Virus record (IMG/VR): IMGVR_UViG_3300005837_000416 | Span: 1 to 33,771 of that record | Strand: one strand, 5' to 3' | DNA: 33,771 bases | DNA from: a virus | Lineage: Duplodnaviria; Caudoviricetes | In this document: positions 17,250 to 25,644 of the stretch, in pieces | Layout of the letters: each line of letters starts with the position of its first letter | Position numbering within the stretch: position 1 is the stretch's first letter | Made by a program: the position numbers and the translations under genes | Notes under the pieces: model-generated | Databases searched by the model: none | What the model saw: only the letters and a program-made list of their open reading frames with translations | What the model was told of the DNA's origin: nothing

Positions 17250-18225
17250 GGCATTAGTATTTCCCAGGGTAAAACCAGTAGGAACAACATCAAATGGTAG
17301 TCGCGAAGCGGTAGGAGACGATATGTCTTTTCCAACGCAAGCGATGGATTACCTTAAAATTGATATTTATGACTCCAAGTCTAACAACCCTTACAGTTAT
17401 ATAGGGGGTGGTGGACCAGGGCGCACGTCCTCTGGTAGAGCGAAAGAAACAATATATTTGTACCTTCCTGCAGGTCTAACCGAAACATATACTACTAGAT
17501 ACAACCAGGTCGCCGTTGGCGGTGGTGGTCAAGCAGTAATGAAAGGTATTAAGGATGGTACAAGTGATATTGGTAATACTATATCATCTGCAGCTGAACA
17601 ACTCAAGTCGCAACTTGCTGGTCAGGTTGCCGCATCAGGTGTAAACCTCGCTAACTTAGGGCAAACTAACTTGTCATTCAATGACATCACTGCTCTCTCA
17701 GCAAAAGCAATTCTAAACCCGTACGAAGAGACAACATTCCAAGGTACGGACTATAGGAAGCATAACTTTACGTTTAGACTTGCACCGAGGAGTCCCGAAG
17801 ATGTTGTTGCGATTACAAAGATTATACAAACACTCCGTGTATCCATGCTACCTGGGAAGAACGGTTCTTCTGGAGGTCAGGGTGATTTATTTACTGCTAT
17901 TGATAGCGGAGCTGGAAGAGGTGATAGATGGCTCACGATCCCAGACTTCTTCCAACTGAGTATCGTAAGGTACAAAAACAATGGTAATGAGGTTTCTGAC
18001 AAGATGGACAAACCAGAAACGTTGTCCTTCATGATGAAATTCCCCACTAAAACTGTACTGACTAATATGTCAGTCAATATGACTCCTGACGGTCAACTGA
18101 ACACACTCAGAAACGGTGCTACAGGTGACAATGATGACTATGATTATGGTCCTTCGGCGTACGATCTAACTCTTCAGTTCGACGAAACCGCCTTCCTCAC
18201 CAGAGATATGCTTACTGATCAATGA
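17248..18225 (+). CDS. gp48: Baseplate tail tube cap gp48
   Basis: IYLYLP, ILNPYEETTFQGTDYRKHNFTFRLAPRS, VLTNMSVN.TPDG, LTLQFDE. Confidence 0.85.
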   Translation: MALVFPRVKPVGTTSNGSREAVGDDMSFPTQAMDYLKIDIYDSKSNNPYSYIGGGGPGRTSSGRAKETIYLYLPAGLTETYTTRYNQVAVGGGGQAVMKGIKDGTSDIGNTISSAAEQLKSQLAGQVAASGVNLANLGQTNLSFNDITALSAKAILNPYEETTFQGTDYRKHNFTFRLAPRSPEDVVAITKIIQTLRVSMLPGKNGSSGGQGDLFTAIDSGAGRGDRWLTIPDFFQLSIVRYKNNGNEVSDKMDKPETLSFMMKFPTKTVLTNMSVNMTPDGQLNTLRNGATGDNDDYDYGPSAYDLTLQFDETAFLTRDMLTDQ

Positions 18226-19205
18226 GTAATTATTTTTCTTATCTGCCAAACGTATATGTGCGTTTGGATAGTATTCGCAAACAGGGAGTAGATCCCTATG
18301 TTCAGGCGAAGAACTTATTTCGTCGTATTAAAATCAGAGATGATTTGAGCGGTGCTCTTCTTGGTTTCCAACAATACTCTGTACAGGGTAATGAGAGACC
18401 TGATAACGTCGCTGAAAAAGCATATGGTGATCCTAAACTAGATTGGGTTATTTTGCTCGCCAACAACGTCATCAACATTTATAATGAGTGGCCAATGAGT
18501 GAATCTGAGTTGATGGATTACGTGGAAAGAAAATATAAACAAAATCCTGCTGTTATTCACCATTATGAAACTGTAGAGATTAGAAGTCCTCAGGGAGATC
18601 TACTTCTTGATGCTGGTATTCAAGTAAATGCAAATTTTCAATATACAGACTCAGAGGGTAGAGTTTACTATGATAAGGTAAAACCTGTTTCTAATTATGA
18701 CTACGAATTGGCAGAAAATGACTATAAACGTAATATCTACCTTTTGAAACCAGCATATCTTGCTAACTTTATTTCTGAATTTACTGATTTGGTCGAATAT
18801 CTACCAAATGACGAAGTTGACGAAGATGACCTTAAAAAGACATTTAGTGTTATCGACGAATCCTACCTAACTGACAAAACTGTCTATTCTAGCGATATTG
18901 GTCGTGTGGCAGTTACGAAGAAGGCGTCAGAGGCGGATTATGGTGATAGAGAGTTTGCAACAACTCAGGCGGGTGCAAATGTAGCATTTACGGTTGCTCA
19001 GCAACAGGAAGCATCAGGCACAGTTACCGATTCTGGCGTATATGCTGGAACAACGGATACGTCGTCTACCAGCAGCAGTAGTAGCAGCGAGAGCAGTTCC
19101 AGCAGCAGTTCTTCTAGTAGTTCCAGTGGCAGCAGTGGCAGCAGTGGCAGTTCTGGATCTAGTGGTTCTAGCGGTAGTTCTGGCGGATACGGCGGAGGAT
19201 ATTAA
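18222..19205 (+). CDS. gp53: Baseplate wedge subunit gp53 with Ser/Gly low-complexity tail
   Basis: YFSYLPN, KNLFRR, ERPDNVA..YGDPKLDWVILLANN, EWP, IHHYET, NDYKRNIYLLKP. Confidence 0.93.
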   Translation: MSNYFSYLPNVYVRLDSIRKQGVDPYVQAKNLFRRIKIRDDLSGALLGFQQYSVQGNERPDNVAEKAYGDPKLDWVILLANNVINIYNEWPMSESELMDYVERKYKQNPAVIHHYETVEIRSPQGDLLLDAGIQVNANFQYTDSEGRVYYDKVKPVSNYDYELAENDYKRNIYLLKPAYLANFISEFTDLVEYLPNDEVDEDDLKKTFSVIDESYLTDKTVYSSDIGRVAVTKKASEADYGDREFATTQAGANVAFTVAQQQEASGTVTDSGVYAGTTDTSSTSSSSSSESSSSSSSSSSSSGSSGSSGSSGSSGSSGSSGGYGGGY

Positions 19206-19332
19206 AAAAAGAAGCACTCTTCAGTTTCCTGAGGAGTGCTTTTCTTCTTGCCTTGGCACTACGAAGTGCTTGTGGTTTAAGCTTTCTTTTGGGGTTTTTG
19301 TTTGAGTGGTGTTGCCAATTTGGAGTAGTCAT
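19168..19332 (-). CDS. Small basic hypothetical protein (not in ORF track)
   Basis: MTTPNWQHHSNKNPKRKLKPQALRSAKARRKALLRKLK...; PNWQHHS start recalled from cyanophage small ORFs; 3' end uncertain. Confidence 0.55.
   Translation of the reverse strand: MTTPNWQHHSNKNPKRKLKPQALRSAKARRKALLRKLKSASFFNILRRIRQNYR
19204..19247. terminator. Bidirectional intrinsic terminator between convergent transcripts
   Basis: 13-bp stem AAGCACTCTTCAG-TTTC-CTGAGGAGTGCTT flanked by A7 and a T-rich run. Confidence 0.75.
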
Positions 19333-19417
19333 GTCTCTCTCTGAATGCTTCTAAAGTGGGATTATCATCCCATTCCCATGTGTCGCCTTTACTGTTCACG
19401 AATTGCTTTTTAGTCAT
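19277..19417 (-). CDS. Small hypothetical protein (not in ORF track)
   Basis: 46 aa MTKKQFVNSKGDTWEWDDNP...; ATGA overlap with the upstream glutaredoxin-like gene. Confidence 0.55.
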   Translation of the reverse strand: MTKKQFVNSKGDTWEWDDNPTLEAFRERHDYSKLATPLKQKPQKKA

Positions 19418-19659
19418 AAGAAATAACCTTTATCACTGCAGTATTGTAGTGTTTCTTTCAAATTGCCAATGTGACGTGATCCCAACGTAACCTGAGGATA
19501 CGTTGCTTCGGAACCAAATTCTGCTTCAAACGCTTTTTGCGAAAAATGCTGATTTAGTCTATATTCCAAAAACTCACTCCCTAGATGTTTAAGGAGTGAG
19601 GCGATTCTATCACATTCTTGACTGCCGTTGCTGTAAATTACCGCTGCGCCGTCAATCAC
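19414..19659 (-). CDS. Glutaredoxin-like protein lacking CxxC
   Basis: IYSNGSQECDR, FGSEATYPQV, HIG; thioredoxin-fold cis-Pro motif. Confidence 0.75.
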   Translation of the reverse strand: MIDGAAVIYSNGSQECDRIASLLKHLGSEFLEYRLNQHFSQKAFEAEFGSEATYPQVTLGSRHIGNLKETLQYCSDKGYFL

Positions 19660-19966
19660 GTTGCCTCCAATCGTCTGGTTTGTCTCTTTGGAACCAATCC
19701 ACTATTTCATCTGCACCCTCAAACCCCGTTTTATGATTAGATGGGTCGGGGTCACCAATTCCCATCTTATTCATAAAATCATCCATGGATCCCTCCTGGA
19801 TGTTTTGTGATGCCTGTCTTCTTGCTTGCTTTAACCAATCGCGAGCGGTGGTATGTGCTTTGGCAAGTTTTTCTGCCCAGATCATGTCCTCAATAGGAAC
19901 CGTCTCTGAGTTTGCAATACACCTGCAAATAGACTCCAGTCGGAGTCGATACTGAGTTGAAAGCAT
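19652..19966 (-). CDS. Conserved hypothetical protein
   Basis: 104 aa MLSTQYRLRLE...DKPDDWRQRD; CCTAAATA at 19988-19995. Confidence 0.75.
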   Translation of the reverse strand: MLSTQYRLRLESICRCIANSETVPIEDMIWAEKLAKAHTTARDWLKQARRQASQNIQEGSMDDFMNKMGIGDPDPSNHKTGFEGADEIVDWFQRDKPDDWRQRD

Positions 19967-19986
19967 AAAAACCTTCTTAGTCAGGA

Positions 19987-20190
19987 CTATTTAGGTTGAT
20001 TTAACTGATCAATCATATCAGTCATACGACTGACTTCACCCTCTGCAGTTGCACGACGATCTTCGAGAATATCAAGGATGTCAGCGCAGATGACATCAGA
20101 TGCCACATACTCGTTAAGGTACGATTCGATCGATTCCTTAAGATTGCGGTATCTGTGCCATTCTGGTGAATAAGGTTTATAGTGTGTCAT
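19987..20190 (-). CDS. Hypothetical protein
   Basis: 67 aa, co-directional, YKPYSPEWHR start. Confidence 0.7.
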   Translation of the reverse strand: MTHYKPYSPEWHRYRNLKESIESYLNEYVASDVICADILDILEDRRATAEGEVSRMTDMIDQLNQPK

Positions 20191-20214
20191 GATAAATTGT
20201 TGAAAAACCCTGGG

Positions 20215-20245
20215 GGCGAAAAAATACCCCGAATTTTTTTCCGCC
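20215..20245. repeat. Intergenic hairpin containing a 22-nt motif repeated at 33544-33565
   Basis: AAAAAATACCCCGAATTTTTTT at 20219-20240, flanked by GGCG/CGCC. Confidence 0.7.
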
Positions 20246-20280
20246 GATATTTGAAACCAAAAGTCAAATAATATATGGGT

Positions 20281-20565
20281 CTAGTGATGATGGTGATGCT
20301 TGCACCTTACTGGTACACGCTCCGTCCATCTACGAACCCAACCTGGTCTGTACCTACCGCTGCGACTGTAATCGCCTGGGATGTACTCTTCATGTTGAAC
20401 GTAGTCAAAGCAATGTCTACGTCTAGGAACATGATAGTACGACCTTTCTACATGTACATGATGATGGTGATCATCCTGGAAAGGTTCCCAGAACTCTGCC
20501 CAAGTCAGAGCACTTGCGGGAGTTGCCGTAGTGGCAAGGAGGATGGGCAGAGCGAGGAATTTCAT
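20281..20565 (-). CDS. Secreted His-rich hypothetical protein
   Basis: Signal peptide MKFLALPILLATTATPASA; DDHHHHVH; C-terminal HHHHH; start overlaps the gp32 stop. Confidence 0.7.
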   Translation of the reverse strand: MKFLALPILLATTATPASALTWAEFWEPFQDDHHHHVHVERSYYHVPRRRHCFDYVQHEEYIPGDYSRSGRYRPGWVRRWTERVPVRCKHHHHH

Positions 20566-21497
20566 TACAGTTCGGCAGCTAGATCTTCAAAGTAGGAGAG
20601 GTCAGGTTCATCTGAACTCTGTTGTACTGATTCTACACGATCACCAAACCCACTTGGAACCGACCCTGTGACACTTTGTGCACTGGGTGTGATGTCAGGA
20701 GAGTTGAAAGAACCACGTCCTTCAGACTCATCTTCCAATGACTCATCAACACGAGGAGTAGAACGCTTGTTCAACACCATGCTGAGGCGAGTCTCAAGTT
20801 CTTCGTAGGACTTGAAGTTGGATGGGTCAGTGAACTCCTTGAGAGAGTATTCCTTATTATAAATGCCTTCCAATTCAGCGTCACTGAACCCACCGAGGGT
20901 GCCAGGACGATCAAACTCAGACTTATCATAGTTCCAGAACCCAGCAACCTTTGTGATCTTCAGTTTGAAGTCAGCACCCTTCCAGAAATCGAAGGGGTTG
21001 ATGGGAGTCTCATCTTCAAATTGTGGTTGTGCAGCAGCGACGATCTTGTCGTGGATCTTCTTACCATACTTGTAGAGGAAGACTTTGCCTTCGTTTTCAG
21101 GGTGAAGAGGATCACGAACAACATAGATGTTGCTGTAGTAGGACAGTTTACGCTTTTGCTTACGTGCAACCTCCTTGTCAGCATCAATGCCGCTGTTCCA
21201 TAGTTGACGGTTGAGTTCTCCAACGGGATCCTTCTGACCAAGAGTAGTCAAAGAGTTCTCGATGTACCAACCACCAGGTCCCTGGAATGCATGACTCCAG
21301 ACCTGTGCCCATGGCAGATCGCCATCCGTCTCGGGCAGGAATCGGATAACAGCATAACCGTTACCGCTCTTGTCAACCTCTGGTTTCCAGAGGCGTTCGT
21401 CAACCTTAGATCCACTGGGTTTGTTCATCTTCTCAATAGCAGTGCTAAGGGAAGCGAAAGACGAACCGCTGGACTTCTTAAGTGATGCGAATGACAT
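20565..21497 (-). CDS. gp32: Single-stranded DNA-binding protein gp32
   Basis: DKSGNGYAVIRFLP, HAFQGPGGWYIENSLTT, KRKLSYYSNI, NPFDFWKGADFKLKI, acidic tail. Confidence 0.97.
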   Translation of the reverse strand: MSFASLKKSSGSSFASLSTAIEKMNKPSGSKVDERLWKPEVDKSGNGYAVIRFLPETDGDLPWAQVWSHAFQGPGGWYIENSLTTLGQKDPVGELNRQLWNSGIDADKEVARKQKRKLSYYSNIYVVRDPLHPENEGKVFLYKYGKKIHDKIVAAAQPQFEDETPINPFDFWKGADFKLKITKVAGFWNYDKSEFDRPGTLGGFSDAELEGIYNKEYSLKEFTDPSNFKSYEELETRLSMVLNKRSTPRVDESLEDESEGRGSFNSPDITPSAQSVTGSVPSGFGDRVESVQQSSDEPDLSYFEDLAAEL

Positions 21498-21540
21498 AAT
21501 CGTATTCTCCGTATTTGTATTGTGGTGTGTTTGCCACCGT

Positions 21541-21572
21541 ATTATGATGGCATATTATATAGGTTGTGTCAA
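21541..21572 (-). promoter_or_regulatory. Probable sigma70-type promoter of gp32
   Basis: TTGACA (21572-21567) followed by an imperfect -10 (CATCAT/CATAAT); GGAGA RBS downstream. Confidence 0.5.
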
Positions 21573-21928
21573 CCCCCCTCATTGAGGATTTCCACCTTCC
21601 ATTCTTTGAGTTTGGTTTCCATCTGGTCTAGGACCACAGTAAGGTCCATGCCACCAGAATATACCTGAGAGATGGAGTCGATGCGATCCTTCATGTCACG
21701 CACCGTACCATCCTGCTCTTCCTCCTGCACATGGTGTGCTGCTAGTGCCAGACGTGCATAAAACACTTTCTGTTTAGCGATCAACTCCAACGTCTTGTTG
21801 ATGTGATCCAACCTCTGTTGTGGAGAAAACTCCTGAAGTTTATTACTCATCTTCAGGAGTTCTGTGTAAGTGGTCTGAATATCTTCGAGTTCTGTACGAA
21901 CTACTTCTGAATCAAAAAAGTCTGTCAT
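21569..21928 (-). CDS. Conserved hypothetical protein (DUF1825-like)
   Basis: FFDSEVV..EL, LIAKQKVFYARL; between gp33 and gp32. Confidence 0.7.
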   Translation of the reverse strand: MTDFFDSEVVRTELEDIQTTYTELLKMSNKLQEFSPQQRLDHINKTLELIAKQKVFYARLALAAHHVQEEEQDGTVRDMKDRIDSISQVYSGGMDLTVVLDQMETKLKEWKVEILNEGG

Positions 21929-22170
21929 AGTGGTAGCACTCCTCTGCTCGTTCGCTTGATGTAATTCAACTGCTGAGCATTATACTTGATTTTATCTTTA
22001 AGTGGTTTAGAAATTAGTTTACTGGCAGTCTCAACCTCAATCTCAAATTCATCACAGATAGATGTGACTGCCTCGATGTAATTGACGAGACCATTAGATT
22101 CCTTGACTACTTTCTCAACCAGTGCTGAGAATTTTGCTTGTGTCATAAACTTTTCTTCGATCTCTTTCAT
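21925..22170 (-). CDS. gp33: Late transcription coactivator gp33
   Basis: NYIEAV..ICDEFEIEVET.SKLISKPLKDKI..A.QLNY...RGVLPL. Confidence 0.9.
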   Translation of the reverse strand: MKEIEEKFMTQAKFSALVEKVVKESNGLVNYIEAVTSICDEFEIEVETASKLISKPLKDKIKYNAQQLNYIKRTSRGVLPL

Positions 22171-22847
22171 TTGTTCATCCCTTGTACATAATAGCGGTAC
22201 TCCTCGATCCAGTCAATGAGTTTATTCATGTATGGGATTTTGTCGTAACGTTGTTCGACCTGAATCTGTCCATCTTCAGCGACGGATAGTGTCACCAGTT
22301 TATCAACCTCAACACCAGTCAATTCATAGTACATGTAAGCGTACGCTGCTTCCTGCACAAAGAACTTCTCCAACCACTCAACTTTCTTCAAAGTTTTTGT
22401 AGTCTTGAAGTCAATTACAGCAAGCTCGCCATCAAACTCAGCAATGCAATCAACGCGCCCAGCGATACCAAGGCGAGCAGAGTGAAGAGAGGTTTCAAGA
22501 CAGTGAATAGGACCAATACGATCAAGAGTCGAACGACTAGCCCTGAAAAGGTAGAGGGGAAAACCCTCGCTTTTTTCAATTTTTTCCAGTTCATTATTAA
22601 GATAGAATTCAACGAGTCCATGATATTTTGTGCCGCGCCATGACGCTGCGTTCCTAATCTTCTGTGCCTCGGTAAACCCGACACGTTTCTCCCAGTCTAG
22701 GATACCCTGCTTGGATTGATGCCCAACCACGGTGGTAACACTCGGCACCCAAGCACCGTCAGGTAGTTTATAAAATCTACCATGTGGCAGTGTTTGAGAT
22801 TCCAACTCCGTAATTTCCGTCGCTGGACCGACGTGTGTAAAACTCAT
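22167..22847 (-). CDS. PD-(D/E)XK exonuclease
   Basis: PSVTTV, RGTKYH, AGRVDCIAEFDGELAVIDFKT, QEAAYA. Confidence 0.9.
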   Translation of the reverse strand: MSFTHVGPATEITELESQTLPHGRFYKLPDGAWVPSVTTVVGHQSKQGILDWEKRVGFTEAQKIRNAASWRGTKYHGLVEFYLNNELEKIEKSEGFPLYLFRASRSTLDRIGPIHCLETSLHSARLGIAGRVDCIAEFDGELAVIDFKTTKTLKKVEWLEKFFVQEAAYAYMYYELTGVEVDKLVTLSVAEDGQIQVEQRYDKIPYMNKLIDWIEEYRYYVQGMNK

Positions 22848-22850
22848 AAT

Positions 22851-23606
22851 TTAGAAACCAAGATTAATTTTAGAGATAAGGTATTCTTTCACGAAACCTG
22901 AACGTACGATGTCATCGATACCAAACTCTACGACATCAACTGATGGCATAGTCTGCATGATCTTCATGAAGTCTAACACACCATTCTTCTCGTTGTTCTT
23001 AACGAGGTCTGACTGTGTGTAGTCTCCAGAGAAAATGATCTTACAGTTCTCACCAACACGAGTGATAATAGAATCAAGTTCGTGGAAGTTTAGGTTAGAG
23101 AATTCATCAACAATAATTACACAATCATCCATGGTGACACCACGGATAAAAGATGTGGACCAAAAAGAGATAGTCTCCTGTGCCCTAAGATTATCATACA
23201 ACATTTCAAACGCATTGTCATCTGGCATTTGGAACATGTACTTAACCATGTTCTTGTATGGAATCTGATACAGGTTACTCTTGTCCTCATGATCTCCTGG
23301 TAGGAAACCAATCTCTCTAGTAGGAACCAGAGAACGAACCATGTATACCTTCTGGTATGGTGAGTCCTCAGCAAGGACTTCCTGCAGTGCCAGATACAAA
23401 CTAATGAAAGTCTTACCTGTACCTGCTGCACCATGGAGAACTAAGTTCTTACCTGCTGCATAGGATTCAAAAACCTGCTCTTGGTTAGGAGTCAGAGGTT
23501 CAATCTGTTTCAGATGATCTAGATTGATTGCCTTCTTCCTATAAGAATGTGTCTTCTTAGAGGCAGGGGTTTGTACTTTTCGGTTTGCTCTTTTAACAGG
23601 ACTCAT
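22851..23606 (-). CDS. phoH: PhoH family ATPase
   Basis: Walker A GAAGTGKT, EIGFLPG, SFIRG, IIVDE, ITRVG, IVRSG; ATG at 23606. Confidence 0.96.
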   Translation of the reverse strand: MSPVKRANRKVQTPASKKTHSYRKKAINLDHLKQIEPLTPNQEQVFESYAAGKNLVLHGAAGTGKTFISLYLALQEVLAEDSPYQKVYMVRSLVPTREIGFLPGDHEDKSNLYQIPYKNMVKYMFQMPDDNAFEMLYDNLRAQETISFWSTSFIRGVTMDDCVIIVDEFSNLNFHELDSIITRVGENCKIIFSGDYTQSDLVKNNEKNGVLDFMKIMQTMPSVDVVEFGIDDIVRSGFVKEYLISKINLGF

Positions 23607-23607
23607 A

Positions 23608-23838
23608 TCAAGTATAACGAGAGAGGTTGGCACCAGGGTGGTTGGACTGGATCTTAGACATTACTTCTTTGAATCCATCAGACTGTTTAGGTTTGCCGTA
23701 GGTTGTGCCTGCGATACCTGCCTGCCAGTCCTTATCCCAATCAGGATTTGCTTCTTTCCATTCACAGTATTCCTTCATGGTCATGGAGAATTCTTTTTTC
23801 TCTCCAGTCTTGAGATTTTTTACATTGTAAGTAGGCAT
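23608..23838 (-). CDS. Hypothetical protein (MPTY-type, FmdB-like without Zn-ribbon Cys)
   Basis: 76 aa, AAGGAG RBS, directly upstream of phoH. Confidence 0.7.
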   Translation of the reverse strand: MPTYNVKNLKTGEKKEFSMTMKEYCEWKEANPDWDKDWQAGIAGTTYGKPKQSDGFKEVMSKIQSNHPGANLSRYT

Positions 23839-23966
23839 TAATCTACTCCTTTATTGTTGTAGTGAACTGCAATAGTCATGAGCAGAGATTGCATCTGCTC
23901 CAGAGTGCTACGAATTTGTTTTAACTCATCGTATATAGGATTTTTCTTCTTATGCTTGTGAGTCAT
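23838..23966 (-). CDS. Small hypothetical protein (not in ORF track)
   Basis: 42 aa MTHKHKKKNPIYDELKQIR...; TAATG overlaps at both ends. Confidence 0.6.
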   Translation of the reverse strand: MTHKHKKKNPIYDELKQIRSTLEQMQSLLMTIAVHYNNKGVD

Positions 23967-24661
23967 TAGTCAATCCTTAGGCACGGTTGTAGGTCATCCC
24001 ATCCCTCAGGGCAACCACAATCATCTGGACACCAGTCAAGTGCTTTAGCAACAATAGGGAACTGACAGATGAAGTGTTGCTTACAAAGGTTAGCAATCTC
24101 CATGTGCTCTTTCTGTGTACCGTTAGCAGATCTCAGAGTAATATAATGGATCCATGATCTTACTGATCCTGTCATGTAAAGTCTGGTGGGCGTGTTCAAA
24201 GGAAGCACGGCACGAGCACACTCCTTTGCGATTCCTGCCTCAAGGAGTTCTTGATACAGGTGTTGTGCTTGATAGAAATGCTCTTCGATCTTCGCTTCAA
24301 ACCTAATCTTAGTCTTTGCATCAACATCATCGATGCTGTTCTGCCTGTTCTTATGATCCTGCGACCTCAGTTCAGGGACAGCAATGTCACCCAGCATACC
24401 AGCATCAGCATACCGCTGGGAAAACTCTTGATATGTGAACGAACGGTGCCTCAAAATTTGAGGTGAAATTGCTCTCGTGGTATTGATTTCCAGAGTCATC
24501 ATTGCCTGTTCAAATACAGACCAGTGACCATGTTTAATACAATACTTAAGGAGACCGTCAACCTTAGGATTTTCTTGGTTGTTGGGGTTGCTCACACGGG
24601 CGATGTACCCCATGGTTTTCTCTGCATCAGGAGTGACAGAGATCAAACATACTTTAGTCAT
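23966..24661 (-). CDS. thyX: FAD-dependent thymidylate synthase ThyX
   Basis: HGHWSVFEQ, QILRHRSFTYQEFSQRY, AKECARAVLP, GSVRSWIHY..LR; ATG at 24661. Confidence 0.96.
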   Translation of the reverse strand: MTKVCLISVTPDAEKTMGYIARVSNPNNQENPKVDGLLKYCIKHGHWSVFEQAMMTLEINTTRAISPQILRHRSFTYQEFSQRYADAGMLGDIAVPELRSQDHKNRQNSIDDVDAKTKIRFEAKIEEHFYQAQHLYQELLEAGIAKECARAVLPLNTPTRLYMTGSVRSWIHYITLRSANGTQKEHMEIANLCKQHFICQFPIVAKALDWCPDDCGCPEGWDDLQPCLRID

Positions 24662-24932
24662 TATGATAGAAAAGGATACGAGAGATAACGTGAAGACCCC
24701 ATGCTTTGAGGTAACCAATAGTTGCCAAACCAAATAGTCCAGGCATGATCCAGTTCCAAAGGAACATCAAGACCACAGGTGCCAAGAAGAATTGTAGCGT
24801 AGTCACCACAACCTTCTGACCCATTTCATAATCACTTGTTTGCTTTTGTTTCTTCTCAATTTCGTCAAGCAATTCCTGCTTGACACCCTCTGCTGCTTTG
24901 CGAGGGTTAAAGTAAACATTGTCTTTGTTCAT
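24654..24932 (-). CDS. Small membrane protein
   Basis: Hydrophobic segment FFLAPVVLMFLWNWIMPGLFGLATIGY. Confidence 0.7.
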   Translation of the reverse strand: MNKDNVYFNPRKAAEGVKQELLDEIEKKQKQTSDYEMGQKVVVTTLQFFLAPVVLMFLWNWIMPGLFGLATIGYLKAWGLHVISRILFYHND

Positions 24933-25210
24933 TTCTTGCTGGTTGTCACTTTAGATTTGCTACCTGGTGGGTTCCATAGTTTAGGATTGATTCTACCTTC
25001 TGATTGTTTCATGTCAAGAAAGTTCTTGCCATACTTATCATAGTAGTGATCAAAGATGTCTACTTGCTTGTTAGCAGTAACGACATCGTACTTCGTTTGA
25101 AAGTGGTCGCCAACCTGTACATTATATGATACAAGATACGCCGTGTAAGGAAGTGATGTGTCTTGTGCCAGTTCTGCTGGGCAGTCTTCATGGATAATTT
25201 TTATCTTCAA
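24929..25210 (-). CDS. Hypothetical protein
   Basis: Likely TTG start overlapping the upstream TGA; LPYTAYLV, DIFDHYYDKY, GRINPKLW. Confidence 0.7.
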   Translation of the reverse strand: MKIKIIHEDCPAELAQDTSLPYTAYLVSYNVQVGDHFQTKYDVVTANKQVDIFDHYYDKYGKNFLDMKQSEGRINPKLWNPPGSKSKVTTSKK

Positions 25211-25644
25211 GACCGTCCTCCCCAAGAGATCTCAGGGAATGCTTCTTTTACCACGGCGTGAGTGATGCGATAGTGTTTGTGCAAGTCACGATTGAATACG
25301 TGAGTGAGAACTTCTGCTTCGTCTTTGTACAATGCTTCAAGCAGTTGAATGTACATAGTTTCAATGCGAAGTTGTGGGAGGTTATCCGCACCACCCTTCA
25401 CGTAATAGTACAACTTCTTTGCCTCTTTTTCAAGGAGACTATGTTCGGTTCCCTGGGGTGCCTCGTTTGGTTTGTAAGGAACCTCCCCTTCAGGGATGCG
25501 AGTCTTTACAGACTCGTCAAAATTGATGATGAATAGAGTACGCAATGCCTGAGAGTTATTCTCTTGCAAGATCTTGACCTTCTGTGCCTTTGTCTTTGCA
25601 CCGTGTGCCTTCTTCAACACCTCATGAATCATCAGTTTCATCAT
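25207..25644 (-). CDS. Conserved hypothetical T4-like phage protein
   Basis: 145 aa; FDESV, PEGEVPY, ETMYIQLLEAL; coupled to rnh. Confidence 0.75.
   Translation of the reverse strand: MMKLMIHEVLKKAHGAKTKAQKVKILQENNSQALRTLFIINFDESVKTRIPEGEVPYKPNEAPQGTEHSLLEKEAKKLYYYVKGGADNLPQLRIETMYIQLLEALYKDEAEVLTHVFNRDLHKHYRITHAVVKEAFPEISWGGRS

Noticed and set aside
19060-19200. AGC/AGT/GGC tandem-like repeats
   Set aside because: Codon-degenerate Ser/Gly tail of gp53; not a CRISPR array or DNA repeat element
22167-22847. Possible Cas4/CRISPR-related system
   Set aside because: No Fe-S Cys cluster, no array or cas genes; ordinary exonuclease next to phoH
24662-24733. Longer thyX start given by the ORF track (likewise phoH 23633, cpeT 6711, tube-like gene 16360)
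   Set aside because: Extensions overlap upstream genes; downstream starts fit family N-termini and operon packing better
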